The notes beneath the pieces are model-generated. The model was not told the origin of the DNA. It was given only the letters and a program-made list of their open reading frames with translations, and did no database searches. From Chloroflexota bacterium (lineage in GTDB: Bacteria > Chloroflexota > Dehalococcoidia > DSTF01 > RBG-16-68-14), in the NCBI GenBank assembly GCA_029262675.1, contig JAJCYW010000010.1, positions 129,166 to 193,165 of the forward strand: a stretch of DNA of 64,000 nucleotides, written 5' to 3'. A program made the translations under genes and the position numbers. Shown piece after piece: positions 20,074 through 28,974 of this stretch (positions are counted from its first letter, which is position 1; each line of letters opens with the position of its first letter).

Positions 20074-21288
20074 CTATGCCTCGCTTGCCCGTCCCGCCAG
20101 TCTGTAATACCAGGCCTCCATCCGTGCCATGTTCGTCTCGTTGACGCCGTACTCCTCGACGAACGGCCGGTTGGCTTCCGCCGCGCTACGGCGCAGACCG
20201 TCGTCGCCCAGCGCGCGGCTGATCGCGTCTGCCAACGCCCCTTCGTCTCGGGGCGGCACGCGCAGACCGGTCACGCCGTCGTCGACCAGCTCCTGCTGGC
20301 TCGGCAGGTCGCTAACGATGGGGAAGCAGCCGGCCGCCTGCGCCTGCAGCAGCGCGACGGACGTACCATCTGACGACGGCACCGAGACGAAGACGTGGGC
20401 TTCGGCCAGACGGCTGCGGAACTCGTCCTGCCCCAGCGTGCCGGTGAAATCCGCCGCGCCGCCCAGGCCCAGCCGCTCCGCCTCCCGCTCCAGTCCCGCG
20501 CGCAAGCGGCCGTCTCCCGCCACGACGAGGCGCACGCGCGGCATCCGGTCGCGGACGCGTACCATGGCGCGAAGGATCACGTCGATGTTGTAGAGCGGCG
20601 TATCGAGCGAGCGCGTGCTGATCACGGTTGGCGGCCGGGCCGGGTCGGGCGGGTGCGCGTTCACTGACAGTGGGGCGCCTTCAACAAACGCGCGGTCGAC
20701 GCCTAAGACGATCTGCTGCACGCGCGCGCGGTCGATGCCCAGGCGTGTCACCATCTCTCGCGCCATGTGGCGGTTGTTCGCGGTCGCTAGGTCGCAGCGG
20801 CGCAGGACGAATCGCGCCAGCGCGCGGTTGAGCGGCGAGTTCGCCGCCTCGACGAGCACATCCGACCCCCAGGCCGACACGACGTAAGGACGGAAGTTGG
20901 CCGCCGTCGCGTAGAGGCCGTGCTCGACGACGAAGTGCGCGTGCAGCACCTCGGGCGCGATTGACCGGACGGTGGCCTCGATGCCCGCGCGGCGGTAGCG
21001 CACCAGGTTCGCGATGCGCTGTACGCCGGGCGGTAACAGCGCGGCCAGTCGAGACGCGCTGGCGTTTGGGCCACCCGCACGACGATCGCCGCCGCCGGAC
21101 GGTCGCAGTACGTGGACGGTCACGCCTTCCGGTGGCCGCGCCGGCGTGTAGAACGAGACGCCGTGCATCTCGTGGCCGCGCGCGACGAAGTAGCGCATCC
21201 AGCTCTGCGTATGCACGCCGTCCAGGTCGCCAGCGACGCAGATGCGCAGGCGGCGGTCAGGTTCCAGCGGTTCGATGTCCGACTTCAC
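20074..21288 (-). CDS. GT4 glycosyltransferase
   Basis: GTG 21288 overlapping flippase stop; HTQSW, WGSDV, SDGTSVALLQAQAAG, PIVSD. Confidence 0.85.
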   Translation of the reverse strand: MKSDIEPLEPDRRLRICVAGDLDGVHTQSWMRYFVARGHEMHGVSFYTPARPPEGVTVHVLRPSGGGDRRAGGPNASASRLAALLPPGVQRIANLVRYRRAGIEATVRSIAPEVLHAHFVVEHGLYATAANFRPYVVSAWGSDVLVEAANSPLNRALARFVLRRCDLATANNRHMAREMVTRLGIDRARVQQIVLGVDRAFVEGAPLSVNAHPPDPARPPTVISTRSLDTPLYNIDVILRAMVRVRDRMPRVRLVVAGDGRLRAGLEREAERLGLGGAADFTGTLGQDEFRSRLAEAHVFVSVPSSDGTSVALLQAQAAGCFPIVSDLPSQQELVDDGVTGLRVPPRDEGALADAISRALGDDGLRRSAAEANRPFVEEYGVNETNMARMEAWYYRLAGRASEA

Positions 21289-22634
21289 GATTGCTTCCCG
21301 GCCAGGCGGCGCTGCGCCGCCTCGACGTAGCGGCGCAGGTCGTCGCCGCGGACGACGAGCGCGCCGGCCATCGGGTTGCCGGAGAGCCGCCCGTATGCCA
21401 CCAGCGACAGCGCGAAGTGGACGCCGTAGGCGATAGTCGACGCGATCGCCGCGCCGGTGACGTCGAACGCCGGGATCAGGAGGAAGTCGGCGATCAGCGT
21501 CACCGCCAGCGCCACCACAGTTATCAGGCTGTTCGTCAGCGGCTTTCCCTGGCTGAAGATGTAGCTGCTGAGGATCTTCGAGCCCGCCAGCGCCACTGTC
21601 CCCGGCAACAGCCACAGCAGCGGGACAACCGACTCCTCGAACTCCGCGCCGAACAGCCTTTCCACCAGCCACGGCGAAACGGCGGCGAGCGCTAGCGCCC
21701 CGAGGGCGCTGATGAAGAGCGTATTCCGGCAGACGATGGGCGTCGTGCGCGCGGCCTCGTCCACTGGGGCGGCCGTGAGGCGCGGCAACAGCACGACCGC
21801 CACGGCGTTGGCGAGGAACCAGACGCTCTGGCTGAGCGTGACGCTGACCGCGTAGACGCCGACGCCCGCCGTGCTCACAAAGAGCAGGACGATGTACTGG
21901 TCGATACGGTAGTTCAGCAACTGCACCAGGTTGCCCACCTGGCCCTGCATCCCGAATCGCACCTGTCGCGCCAGCGACGCCACGTCGACTCGCAGCAGCG
22001 CAGCCGGCTGCATCCCCCGGGCGCCTAGCAGCGCGAACGCAAGCAGCGTCGCCACGAGCGAACCGCCGCTCCAGCACAGCACGGCCGACGTCGTATCGAT
22101 TTCGCCGAACGCGGCGACGACGCCCAGCAGGCCTAGCAGCGTCACGGGCTGCGCCAGCACCACGGCATTCATTGCGCCGAAGCGGTTTTCGCCCTGCAGG
22201 ATGTTGGTGAGGATATAGAAGTTGACGAAGAGCGGCACCGCAAATGCGAACGCCCAGATCGGCGCGTCGTTGTCGAGCAGCTCGTCGCCGAACAGTGGCC
22301 AGGCGATCAGCACCAGCGCGCCGCTCACCAGCGCCGCAAGCAGTGTGACGTGCTGGCCGTTAGCGACGACGCGCGGCAGCGGCATCGTGCCCTTGCCAAG
22401 CTCGTAGATCGCGCTGACGCCGAGGCCGAGGCCGAGCACTGCCTGCGCGATCGACGCAGACAGCAGGAAGAGCGCGTACGTGCCGCGTCCCTCCGCGCCC
22501 AGCGCCCGCGCGATGATGACGCCAATAACGAACGCCAGCGCCGCGTTGGCGACGGTGGCGATGAAGACGAAGTTGACGTTGGTGAGAAAACCGCTGTCGC
22601 CTCGCGGCGTCGCTTGCGGTGCGGCGGCGGTCAC
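21285..22634 (-). CDS. Wzx-type oligosaccharide flippase
   Basis: About 12 TM; ARALGAEGRG, LNYRIDQ, VGVYAV, GAAIAS. Confidence 0.88.
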   Translation of the reverse strand: MTAAAPQATPRGDSGFLTNVNFVFIATVANAALAFVIGVIIARALGAEGRGTYALFLLSASIAQAVLGLGLGVSAIYELGKGTMPLPRVVANGQHVTLLAALVSGALVLIAWPLFGDELLDNDAPIWAFAFAVPLFVNFYILTNILQGENRFGAMNAVVLAQPVTLLGLLGVVAAFGEIDTTSAVLCWSGGSLVATLLAFALLGARGMQPAALLRVDVASLARQVRFGMQGQVGNLVQLLNYRIDQYIVLLFVSTAGVGVYAVSVTLSQSVWFLANAVAVVLLPRLTAAPVDEAARTTPIVCRNTLFISALGALALAAVSPWLVERLFGAEFEESVVPLLWLLPGTVALAGSKILSSYIFSQGKPLTNSLITVVALAVTLIADFLLIPAFDVTGAAIASTIAYGVHFALSLVAYGRLSGNPMAGALVVRGDDLRRYVEAAQRRLAGKQS

Positions 22635-22635
22635 G

Positions 22636-23904
22636 CTACCGGCTCCCCGCGGCGGCCGACGCCGCCGGCGCGGCGAGCGCTTCGATGGCGTCCAGTTCCG
22701 CCGCCATGCGTTCGTCCCAGGTCCAGAACTCGCGCTCCGCGTAGGCCCGTGCCGCCGCGCCGAGGCGCTGCCGCGAATCGCTGTCGCCCGCCAGAGCGAC
22801 CACGGCCTGCGCGATTGCCGGCGGATCGCCGGAGGGCAGCAGCCGTCCCGTTTCGCCGTCGCGGATCAGCTCGCCAGTCGCGCCGGCATCGACTGTCACG
22901 ATAGCCATGCCGCAGGTCATTGCCTCCAACAGCGGGTTGCCGACGTTGGAGAGGTCGGCGGGCGCGAGGAAGACGTCGCTGGCGTGCGTGTAGTCGAGGA
23001 CGGCCTCCTGCGGCACGGCTCCGGCGAATCGCACGCGCTCCGCGACGCCTAGGTCACGCCCCTGGCGTTCCAGGCGTTCACGCTCTTCCCCGTCGCCGAC
23101 GATCAGCAGAAGCGCGTGCGGGATTTCGCGAAGGATCGCGGGCATCGCGGCGATCGCGCGGTCGACGCGCTTCCAGGCGGCCAGGCGCGAGGCGGTCAGC
23201 AGTACAAACGCCTCGTCTGGCAGTCCAAGTTGCGCGCGCCGCTCCGCGCGTTCGGCCGGCGTCGCGGGTCGCAACCTGCCGAGGTCGAGACCGTTGCGCC
23301 AGAAGCGCAGCTTGTCGCCGAGGCCACCGTTCACGCGGCGCAGCACGTCGTCGCCGCGGGTGCCGTCGTTCGTCATTACGTAGAGGTCGGCCGGTAGCCG
23401 CAGGGCGCGAAACTCTTCGCACTTCCGTATCCGGCCGATAAGGCTATCGAGCACGGGATGCAGCACTGTGCCCTGGAATCGGGCAATTCTTGGCAACGCC
23501 GCGTTCAGCTTCCCGACAGCCAGCGCGCCGTGCACCTCGTACGCGTAGAGCAGGTCGACGTGCTCCCGTTCTAGCACTTGCCTCGCGCGTCGGGCGGCTA
23601 ACAGGGGAAACAGCAACGCGAAGCGCAGCTTCTGGTCGACTGTGACGAGGGGGCCAGGCAGCGGCAGGCCGGCGTTGCGGAGGCTGGGGAGGTGGAACCG
23701 CTCGAACGTGACGCCGGGTATCTGCGGCGCCTCCGAGGCCGGGTCTGGATGAGGAGTGAACGCGTTCGCGCCGACGGTTGTAGTGATATACGTCACGCGA
23801 TGACCGCGTTCACCGTATGCGCGGAGCGTGCGATACAGTGTAGGAGCGCCGCCGCGGCCCGGAAGGGTCCACACCTCCAGGGCGCTCACCATCAGTACGT
23901 GCAT
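22636..23904 (-). CDS. GT4 glycosyltransferase
   Basis: RBS ggagg then MHVLMVS; SRLAAWKRVD, VGDGEER, GNPLLEAM. Confidence 0.88.
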   Translation of the reverse strand: MHVLMVSALEVWTLPGRGGAPTLYRTLRAYGERGHRVTYITTTVGANAFTPHPDPASEAPQIPGVTFERFHLPSLRNAGLPLPGPLVTVDQKLRFALLFPLLAARRARQVLEREHVDLLYAYEVHGALAVGKLNAALPRIARFQGTVLHPVLDSLIGRIRKCEEFRALRLPADLYVMTNDGTRGDDVLRRVNGGLGDKLRFWRNGLDLGRLRPATPAERAERRAQLGLPDEAFVLLTASRLAAWKRVDRAIAAMPAILREIPHALLLIVGDGEERERLERQGRDLGVAERVRFAGAVPQEAVLDYTHASDVFLAPADLSNVGNPLLEAMTCGMAIVTVDAGATGELIRDGETGRLLPSGDPPAIAQAVVALAGDSDSRQRLGAAARAYAEREFWTWDERMAAELDAIEALAAPAASAAAGSR

Positions 23905-24001
23905 CGTTCGCCTCCAGCGCAGTGTAGCCGCAGGATGGTAGGGGGGCAACGGTCTCGACACTGTGCGGAGCGGTCTGTTACCATTCGGCGTACTCCTAGG
24001 T

Positions 24002-24079
24002 CGGGGTGTAGCTCAGCCAGGCTAGAGTGCACGCTTCGGGAGCGTGAGGCCGGCAGTTCGAATCTGCCCACCCCGACCA
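24002..24079 (+). tRNA. tRNA-Pro(CGG)
   Basis: cggggtg acceptor stem, anticodon arm cacgc-ttCGGga-gcgtg, gttcgaatc T-loop, CCA end. Confidence 0.95.
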
Positions 24080-24273
24080 CTCTTTTCCTCCTGCCAAGAT
24101 CCCGCATCCGCGCCCTCCGGCGTTGGGGTTTCCCCCACTGTTTGCGACTCCAGACTCGCCCGAGACAGACTGTGGAAAACTTTTCACACTTTATGTGCGC
24201 TCACGTCTTGCACGGCCACAATAGCGGAGTTACAATCCGTCGGAAATTCGGCTCCACTAAGGCACGATAGCGG

Positions 24274-25140
24274 GTGATCAGCATGTTTCAGGAAGAAGAC
24301 CACGACCAGGTACGCCGGCGTCAGGCGGAGCACGCCATCCAGCTCGCGATGGCGACTCGCTGGGAAGACGCGGTCACGGCCAACCGCTCGATCATCAAGC
24401 TGTTCCCGAACGACGCCGATTCCTACAACCGACTGGGCAAGGCGCTGATGGAATTGAACCGGTTCCCTGCGGCCAAGAGGGCCTATAAGCGCGCGCTGGA
24501 GTTAGACGGTGGCAACCAGATCGCCAAGAAGAACCTGGAGCGCATGAACTTGAAGGCCAAGGTCGGCGGCCCGGCTGAAGCGATGAAATTGGACCCCAGT
24601 CTCTTCATCGAGGAGATGGGCAAGACGGCCACGACCGTGGTGGAGAAGACCACACCGGAAGGCATCGCGAAGCTTGACGCCGGGGACCTCGTGGAGCTGC
24701 GACAGGACGGCAATGCGCTCCTCGTCGAGCTACCTGGGGGCGAGGTCATCGGTGAGGTCGAGCCTCGGCTGCGGCAGCGAGTGATCAAGCTGCTTGAGAG
24801 CGGCAACCGTTACACGGCCGCCGTGACAAAGGTCACTGACAACGAATGCCACGTCTTAATCAAGGAGACGTATAAGGACCCGAGTCAGGTCGGCCGGCCA
24901 TCGTTCCCGACTGCGGTCGTCAAGGACACGACGCGGCCGTATACGAAGAGCAAGGTACTCGACTACGGCACCGGCGACGACGAAGAGAGCACGGTCGGAG
25001 ATGCGGACGACTCAGAAGGCGCTGACGACGATTCGGACTCACCGGAGCAGGGAGGAGAGGTCGTCGCGCAGGGACGCAACGTCAGTCTGCACGCGGTCGT
25101 CGCTGCGGAGGAAGCCGCGCAGGAGGAGTTGGAAGAGTAG
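24274..25140 (+). CDS. TPR-repeat protein with acidic C-terminal tail
   Basis: PNDADSYNRLGKAL...AYKRALELD...IAKKNL; FIEEMGKT; D/E-rich tail. Confidence 0.8.
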   Translation: MISMFQEEDHDQVRRRQAEHAIQLAMATRWEDAVTANRSIIKLFPNDADSYNRLGKALMELNRFPAAKRAYKRALELDGGNQIAKKNLERMNLKAKVGGPAEAMKLDPSLFIEEMGKTATTVVEKTTPEGIAKLDAGDLVELRQDGNALLVELPGGEVIGEVEPRLRQRVIKLLESGNRYTAAVTKVTDNECHVLIKETYKDPSQVGRPSFPTAVVKDTTRPYTKSKVLDYGTGDDEESTVGDADDSEGADDDSDSPEQGGEVVAQGRNVSLHAVVAAEEAAQEELEE

Positions 25141-25167
25141 CGACCACGTTCGCGCCTCGCTCGGAGT

Positions 25168-25200
25168 CACTCCTGACGCGTCGCTGTCAGGAGTGCTTTG
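25168..25200 (+). terminator. Intrinsic terminator
   Basis: cactcctgac/gtcaggagtg stem followed by ctttgtatatt. Confidence 0.6.
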
Positions 25201-25274
25201 TATATTAGATCAGCCGCGGCTTCAGAACGGGGCGAAGCGGACTGCCTGTCACAGCCGGGAGAACCCATATCACC

Positions 25275-26201
25275 ATGACTGAGATTGTTCGCGCGCGCGG
25301 ACTGGTCAAACGCTTCGACGGCTTGCTGGCCGTCGATGGGATCGACTTCTCGATCCGGGAAGGTGAGTGTTTCGGCCTGTTGGGGCCGAACGGCGCCGGC
25401 AAGACGAGCACGATCCGCATGATCACGTGCGTCTCTCCGGTTACGGCCGGTCAACTGCGGGTCAACGGCATGGACGTCACAACGGACCGCCGCCGCATCA
25501 AGGCGACGCTCGGCGTCGTGCCGCAGGACGAGAACCTGGACCCGGATCTGAGCGTCGCGCAGAACCTGGCAGTCTACGCCCGCTACTTCGACATACCGGC
25601 CGCCGTCGCGCGCGCCCGCAGCGACGAGATCTTGGAGCTATTCCAGCTCACGGAGAAGCGCGACGAGACCGTCGACAACCTTTCCGGTGGCATGAAGCGT
25701 CGGCTGATCGTCGCCCGCGCGCTGATCAACGAGCCAAAGATCCTCGTGCTCGACGAGCCGACGACGGGGCTCGACCCGCAGGCCCGGCACCTGGTCTGGC
25801 GCAAGCTGCGAAAGCTGCGTGAGCAAGGCATCACGACGCTGTTGACCACGCACTACATGGAAGAGGCCGCCCACCTCTGCGACCGCTTGGTGGTGATGCA
25901 CCTGGGCCACATCCTCGCCGAAGGCAGCCCCCAAGACCTGATAGAAAGGCACGTGGGCGGCCAGGTGCTGGAGCTCCGCATAGAGAGCGATGGCGACCAC
26001 GCGGATGCGCTGGCCGCGCTCCGCGATCGCGCCGATCTGCGGCTGGAGGACGTGGACGAGGCTGTCTACGCCTACAGCACTGACCAGAACTGGGATCCCG
26101 TGATGCGGGACGTCGCCTCGTTCGGCAAGGCAGCGCGGCTGCGGGAATCGACGTTGGAGGATGTCTTCCTGCAGTTGACGGGCCGGGGGCTTGACGAGTG
26201 A
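25275..26201 (+). CDS. ABC-2 exporter ATPase (NodI-like)
   Basis: GPNGAGKT, LSGGMKRR, LDEPTTGLD, TTHYMEEA, LEDVFL. Confidence 0.92.
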   Translation: MTEIVRARGLVKRFDGLLAVDGIDFSIREGECFGLLGPNGAGKTSTIRMITCVSPVTAGQLRVNGMDVTTDRRRIKATLGVVPQDENLDPDLSVAQNLAVYARYFDIPAAVARARSDEILELFQLTEKRDETVDNLSGGMKRRLIVARALINEPKILVLDEPTTGLDPQARHLVWRKLRKLREQGITTLLTTHYMEEAAHLCDRLVVMHLGHILAEGSPQDLIERHVGGQVLELRIESDGDHADALAALRDRADLRLEDVDEAVYAYSTDQNWDPVMRDVASFGKAARLRESTLEDVFLQLTGRGLDE

Positions 26202-26980
26202 GCGTGATGGGCGTCTCCTACCGCAGCCTGCGCGTCTGGCAGCGCAACAGGGACGTAGTCCTCAAGCTTTGGTTCGCCGAGCTGGCGCCGCCCGTACTGG
26301 GCCCGATCATGGTCATCACGGCGCTCGGACTCGGCCTCGGCGTCTTTGTCGAGCTCGACGGCGAACAGGACTACATTGAGTTCCTCACGCCCGGCCTCCT
26401 CGCGCTCTTTCCCATGCTCTGGGCGATGTTGGACTGCGGCTGGGGCGCCTATGGCCGGATGAACATGCAGGGCATCTACGACGCCGTTGTGGCGACGCCG
26501 CTCAACGTGGAAGACGTGATCGCGGGGGAGATCTTCTGGGGCGCGACGCGCGGCGCGTTTCAGGCGCTGCATATCCTGATCGCGGCGCTGCTGTTCACGC
26601 CGGCCTACGGGCTGATCGATTCGCCGTTAGTGATCCTCGTCCTGCCGTTCTCGCTGCTCTACGGCATGCTCTTCGGCGCCATGGCGATGTCCTACACGTC
26701 GGTCGCGCCGTCGATGAGCTCGTATAACTTCCTCTGGGCGTTCGTGATCAACCCGATGTTCTGGTTCGGCGGCGCGTTCTACCCCACGGACCGGTTGCCC
26801 CCGTGGGCCGAGACGCTGGCGCAGTTCGTTCCCCTCACGCACGTCGTGGAGATCAACCGCGGTCTCGTGGAGGGCGAGCTGCAGTGGTCGCACCTTGGCA
26901 ACCTCGCCGTTATCGTTGCCCTGACGGCGGCGTTCTTTTCGCTCGCGCTGTGGAGTATGCGTCGGAGGCTGGTGAAGTAG
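26198..26980 (+). CDS. ABC-2 exporter permease (NodJ-like)
   Basis: VWQRN, YIEFLTPG, ATPL, PMFWFGGAFYP, PLTH, RRRLVK. Confidence 0.9.
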   Translation: MSVMGVSYRSLRVWQRNRDVVLKLWFAELAPPVLGPIMVITALGLGLGVFVELDGEQDYIEFLTPGLLALFPMLWAMLDCGWGAYGRMNMQGIYDAVVATPLNVEDVIAGEIFWGATRGAFQALHILIAALLFTPAYGLIDSPLVILVLPFSLLYGMLFGAMAMSYTSVAPSMSSYNFLWAFVINPMFWFGGAFYPTDRLPPWAETLAQFVPLTHVVEINRGLVEGELQWSHLGNLAVIVALTAAFFSLALWSMRRRLVK

Positions 26981-27196
26981 CAGGCCACCGGAGGCGGCCC
27001 GCCCGCTGACGGATGCCGCCAACACAGCGCGCCCGCTGCTGGAGTATGCGGCGGAGGCTGGTGAAGTAGCAGGCCACCGGAGGCGGCCCGCCCGCTGACG
27101 GATGCCGCCAACACAGCGCGCCCGCTGTGGAGCATGCGACGTCGGCTGGTGAAGTAGAAGGCGGGCGGAGGCGGCCCGCGCGCTAGCGGATGCCGC
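26951..27196 (+). repeat. 88-89 bp tandem repeat (about 2.8 copies) spanning the convergent gene junction
   Basis: Units start at 26951, 27040, 27128; each begins with codons for WSMRRRLVK-stop. Confidence 0.9.
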
Positions 27197-28109
27197 TGTC
27201 GTACTGAACCAGCACCTCTGTGAACGCTGCTGGTTCGACCGATACGGTTTGCTCGTCGGCGAACGGCGGCGCGCCCGGATTGGGCGACTGCGGTTGCAGC
27301 ACGTAGCTACCCGGCAGCAGTTCGGTGTGGAATCTGCCCAGCGTGTCCGATGTCACGCTTCGGACGAGACGGCTCGCATCGTCCAGAAATGAGATCTTCG
27401 CCACAAACGGCTGATCAGGGCACGGCATGTCCTCGCGTTCGACCGGACAGATGGGGCCGATAAGCACCAGGCCGGAAATGCCGGACGGCGGCGGCAATCG
27501 CGCGATAAGGCCCGCGACGAACTGCAAGATCAACTGCGCATCGCGCGCGTCGACCGCGCCGTCCGCGTTGGCGTCGCTGCGGTCGCCGCAGGCCAGGCCA
27601 ACCAGCAGACCTGCGCCGTGTTGCAGCACGAGCGCGCTGTCGATGCTTGTGACCGCGCCGTCGCAGTCGGCGTCGCCGATGGGCGGCATTGGCAGGTCGC
27701 TTGCAGTGCCGGAGGCGACGTTGGAGTAGATGCCAGTCGCGGTGGCGAGGACGGCCGCGACGCGATACCAGTACGTTACGCCATCCTCCAGTCCGCTGTC
27801 CTCGTGCCGCGCCGTGTTAGCTGGCAGATTGGTGACCGGCACCCATGCTCCGTCCGGCCCGGACTCCGAACGCTCGACGACCCAGCCGGTCTCGCCGGCC
27901 ACGTTGTCGTCCCAGACCAACGCGATGGTCAGTCTATCGTGGACGACGTTGGCGGTGAGGTTCGTGGGCCCTATGGGCGCAGGATCGGCGAGGCCCGCCG
28001 GTCCGCCCGGGGCGGCGAACGCCAGAGAGGCGAATAGCAGCAGCGATCCGCCGACGAGCGCCGCGGCGAGTCGAATCGAGCGGCTTACTAGAGGTCGTGC
28101 GTGTGTCAT
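27183..28109 (-). CDS. Secreted protein: FN3 domain + dockerin + carboxypeptidase-regulatory-like C-terminal domain
   Basis: Signal peptide; LVWDDN...GWVVERS...YWYRVAA; GDADCDGAVTSIDSALVLQ and DANADGAVDARDAQLILQ; GPICPVE...CPDQP. Confidence 0.8.
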   Translation of the reverse strand: MTHARPLVSRSIRLAAALVGGSLLLFASLAFAAPGGPAGLADPAPIGPTNLTANVVHDRLTIALVWDDNVAGETGWVVERSESGPDGAWVPVTNLPANTARHEDSGLEDGVTYWYRVAAVLATATGIYSNVASGTASDLPMPPIGDADCDGAVTSIDSALVLQHGAGLLVGLACGDRSDANADGAVDARDAQLILQFVAGLIARLPPPSGISGLVLIGPICPVEREDMPCPDQPFVAKISFLDDASRLVRSVTSDTLGRFHTELLPGSYVLQPQSPNPGAPPFADEQTVSVEPAAFTEVLVQYDSGIR

Positions 28110-28256
28110 TGTATCCTCCTCATCATCAATTTGAGCTTACGTTAGTCTAGACGCCCATGGCTGGCGCGGTGTTCCCGTTCCAGCAGGTGGCTTGGCAGTT
28201 TGAGACTGCCCGCCTGTGGTATCCCTCGTGGTATCCTGTGGGCAGGAGTACGATTC

Positions 28257-28973
28257 GTGTCTGTTTCACGACCTCGCATCGGTGTCACACGTTGGGAAGA
28301 CGTGCCGGGCGAACGCATCGAAGATTACTGGGAGCGCATTGAAGAAGCCGGCGGCAAAGCGCTCGACCTGCGCGACGCCAAGGTCACTGTCACAGAGCTC
28401 AACGGCCTCGTGCTGACGGGCGGCCTCGATATCGACCCCGCGCGTTACTTTAACGCTCCCCACGAGCGCACCCGTTGTGCTGAAGCCGCCCGCGACGACT
28501 ACGAGTTCGGACTGCTGCAAGAAGCGCTCGCGGCAGACCTGCCGGTTTTGGCCATCTGCCGCGGCCACCAGGTGCTGAACGTAGCCTTCGGCGGGTCGCT
28601 GCTGCAAAACATCGAAACGTCGAATCACCGCGCGGACTACAAATCGGAGGGCGCGCCGTCCCGCTGGCACGAAGTCACGATCGCGCTTGGCAGCCGATTG
28701 CACGGCGCGATCGGCGCCGGACGGGTCGAAGTCAACTCGCGCCACCACCAGGGTGTGGTCGCGGACGGCGTCGCGCCCGGCCTGAAAGCAGTCGCCACGT
28801 CGCCGGACGGCATCGTCGAGGCGCTGGAGAGCGAATCTCACCGCTGGGTGGTGGGCGTCCAGTGGCACGCGGAGCGGCCGGAGCCGGAGCATCCGCAGTT
28901 CGCGCCACTTTCGCAGCCGCTGTTCCAGGCATTCCTCGCTGCTGCCATGAGGCAGCCGGAAGAGGTGCACTAA
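28257..28973 (+). CDS. Peptidase C26 / gamma-glutamyl-GABA hydrolase family (PuuD-like)
   Basis: RBS caggag; LTGGLDIDP, LAICRG, VNSRHHQ, GVQWHAE. Confidence 0.9.
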   Translation: MSVSRPRIGVTRWEDVPGERIEDYWERIEEAGGKALDLRDAKVTVTELNGLVLTGGLDIDPARYFNAPHERTRCAEAARDDYEFGLLQEALAADLPVLAICRGHQVLNVAFGGSLLQNIETSNHRADYKSEGAPSRWHEVTIALGSRLHGAIGAGRVEVNSRHHQGVVADGVAPGLKAVATSPDGIVEALESESHRWVVGVQWHAERPEPEHPQFAPLSQPLFQAFLAAAMRQPEEVH

Positions 28974-28974
28974 G

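Noticed and set aside
10741..22077. Long N-terminal extensions or fusions in the ORF track (12027, 17605, 18561, 22077 starts)
   Set aside because: Extensions are Arg-rich alternate frames of upstream genes; true starts overlap upstream stops.
24125..24273. Replication origin
   Set aside because: Only one or two DnaA-like boxes, no extended AT-rich element, no dnaA or dnaN nearby.
25275..26980. Nod-factor export
   Set aside because: NodI/J-like ABC-2 pairs are widespread and no nodABC genes are present.
26951..27196. CRISPR array
   Set aside because: Whole 88-89 bp units repeat, there are no unique spacers, the repeat is a gene end and no cas genes are present.
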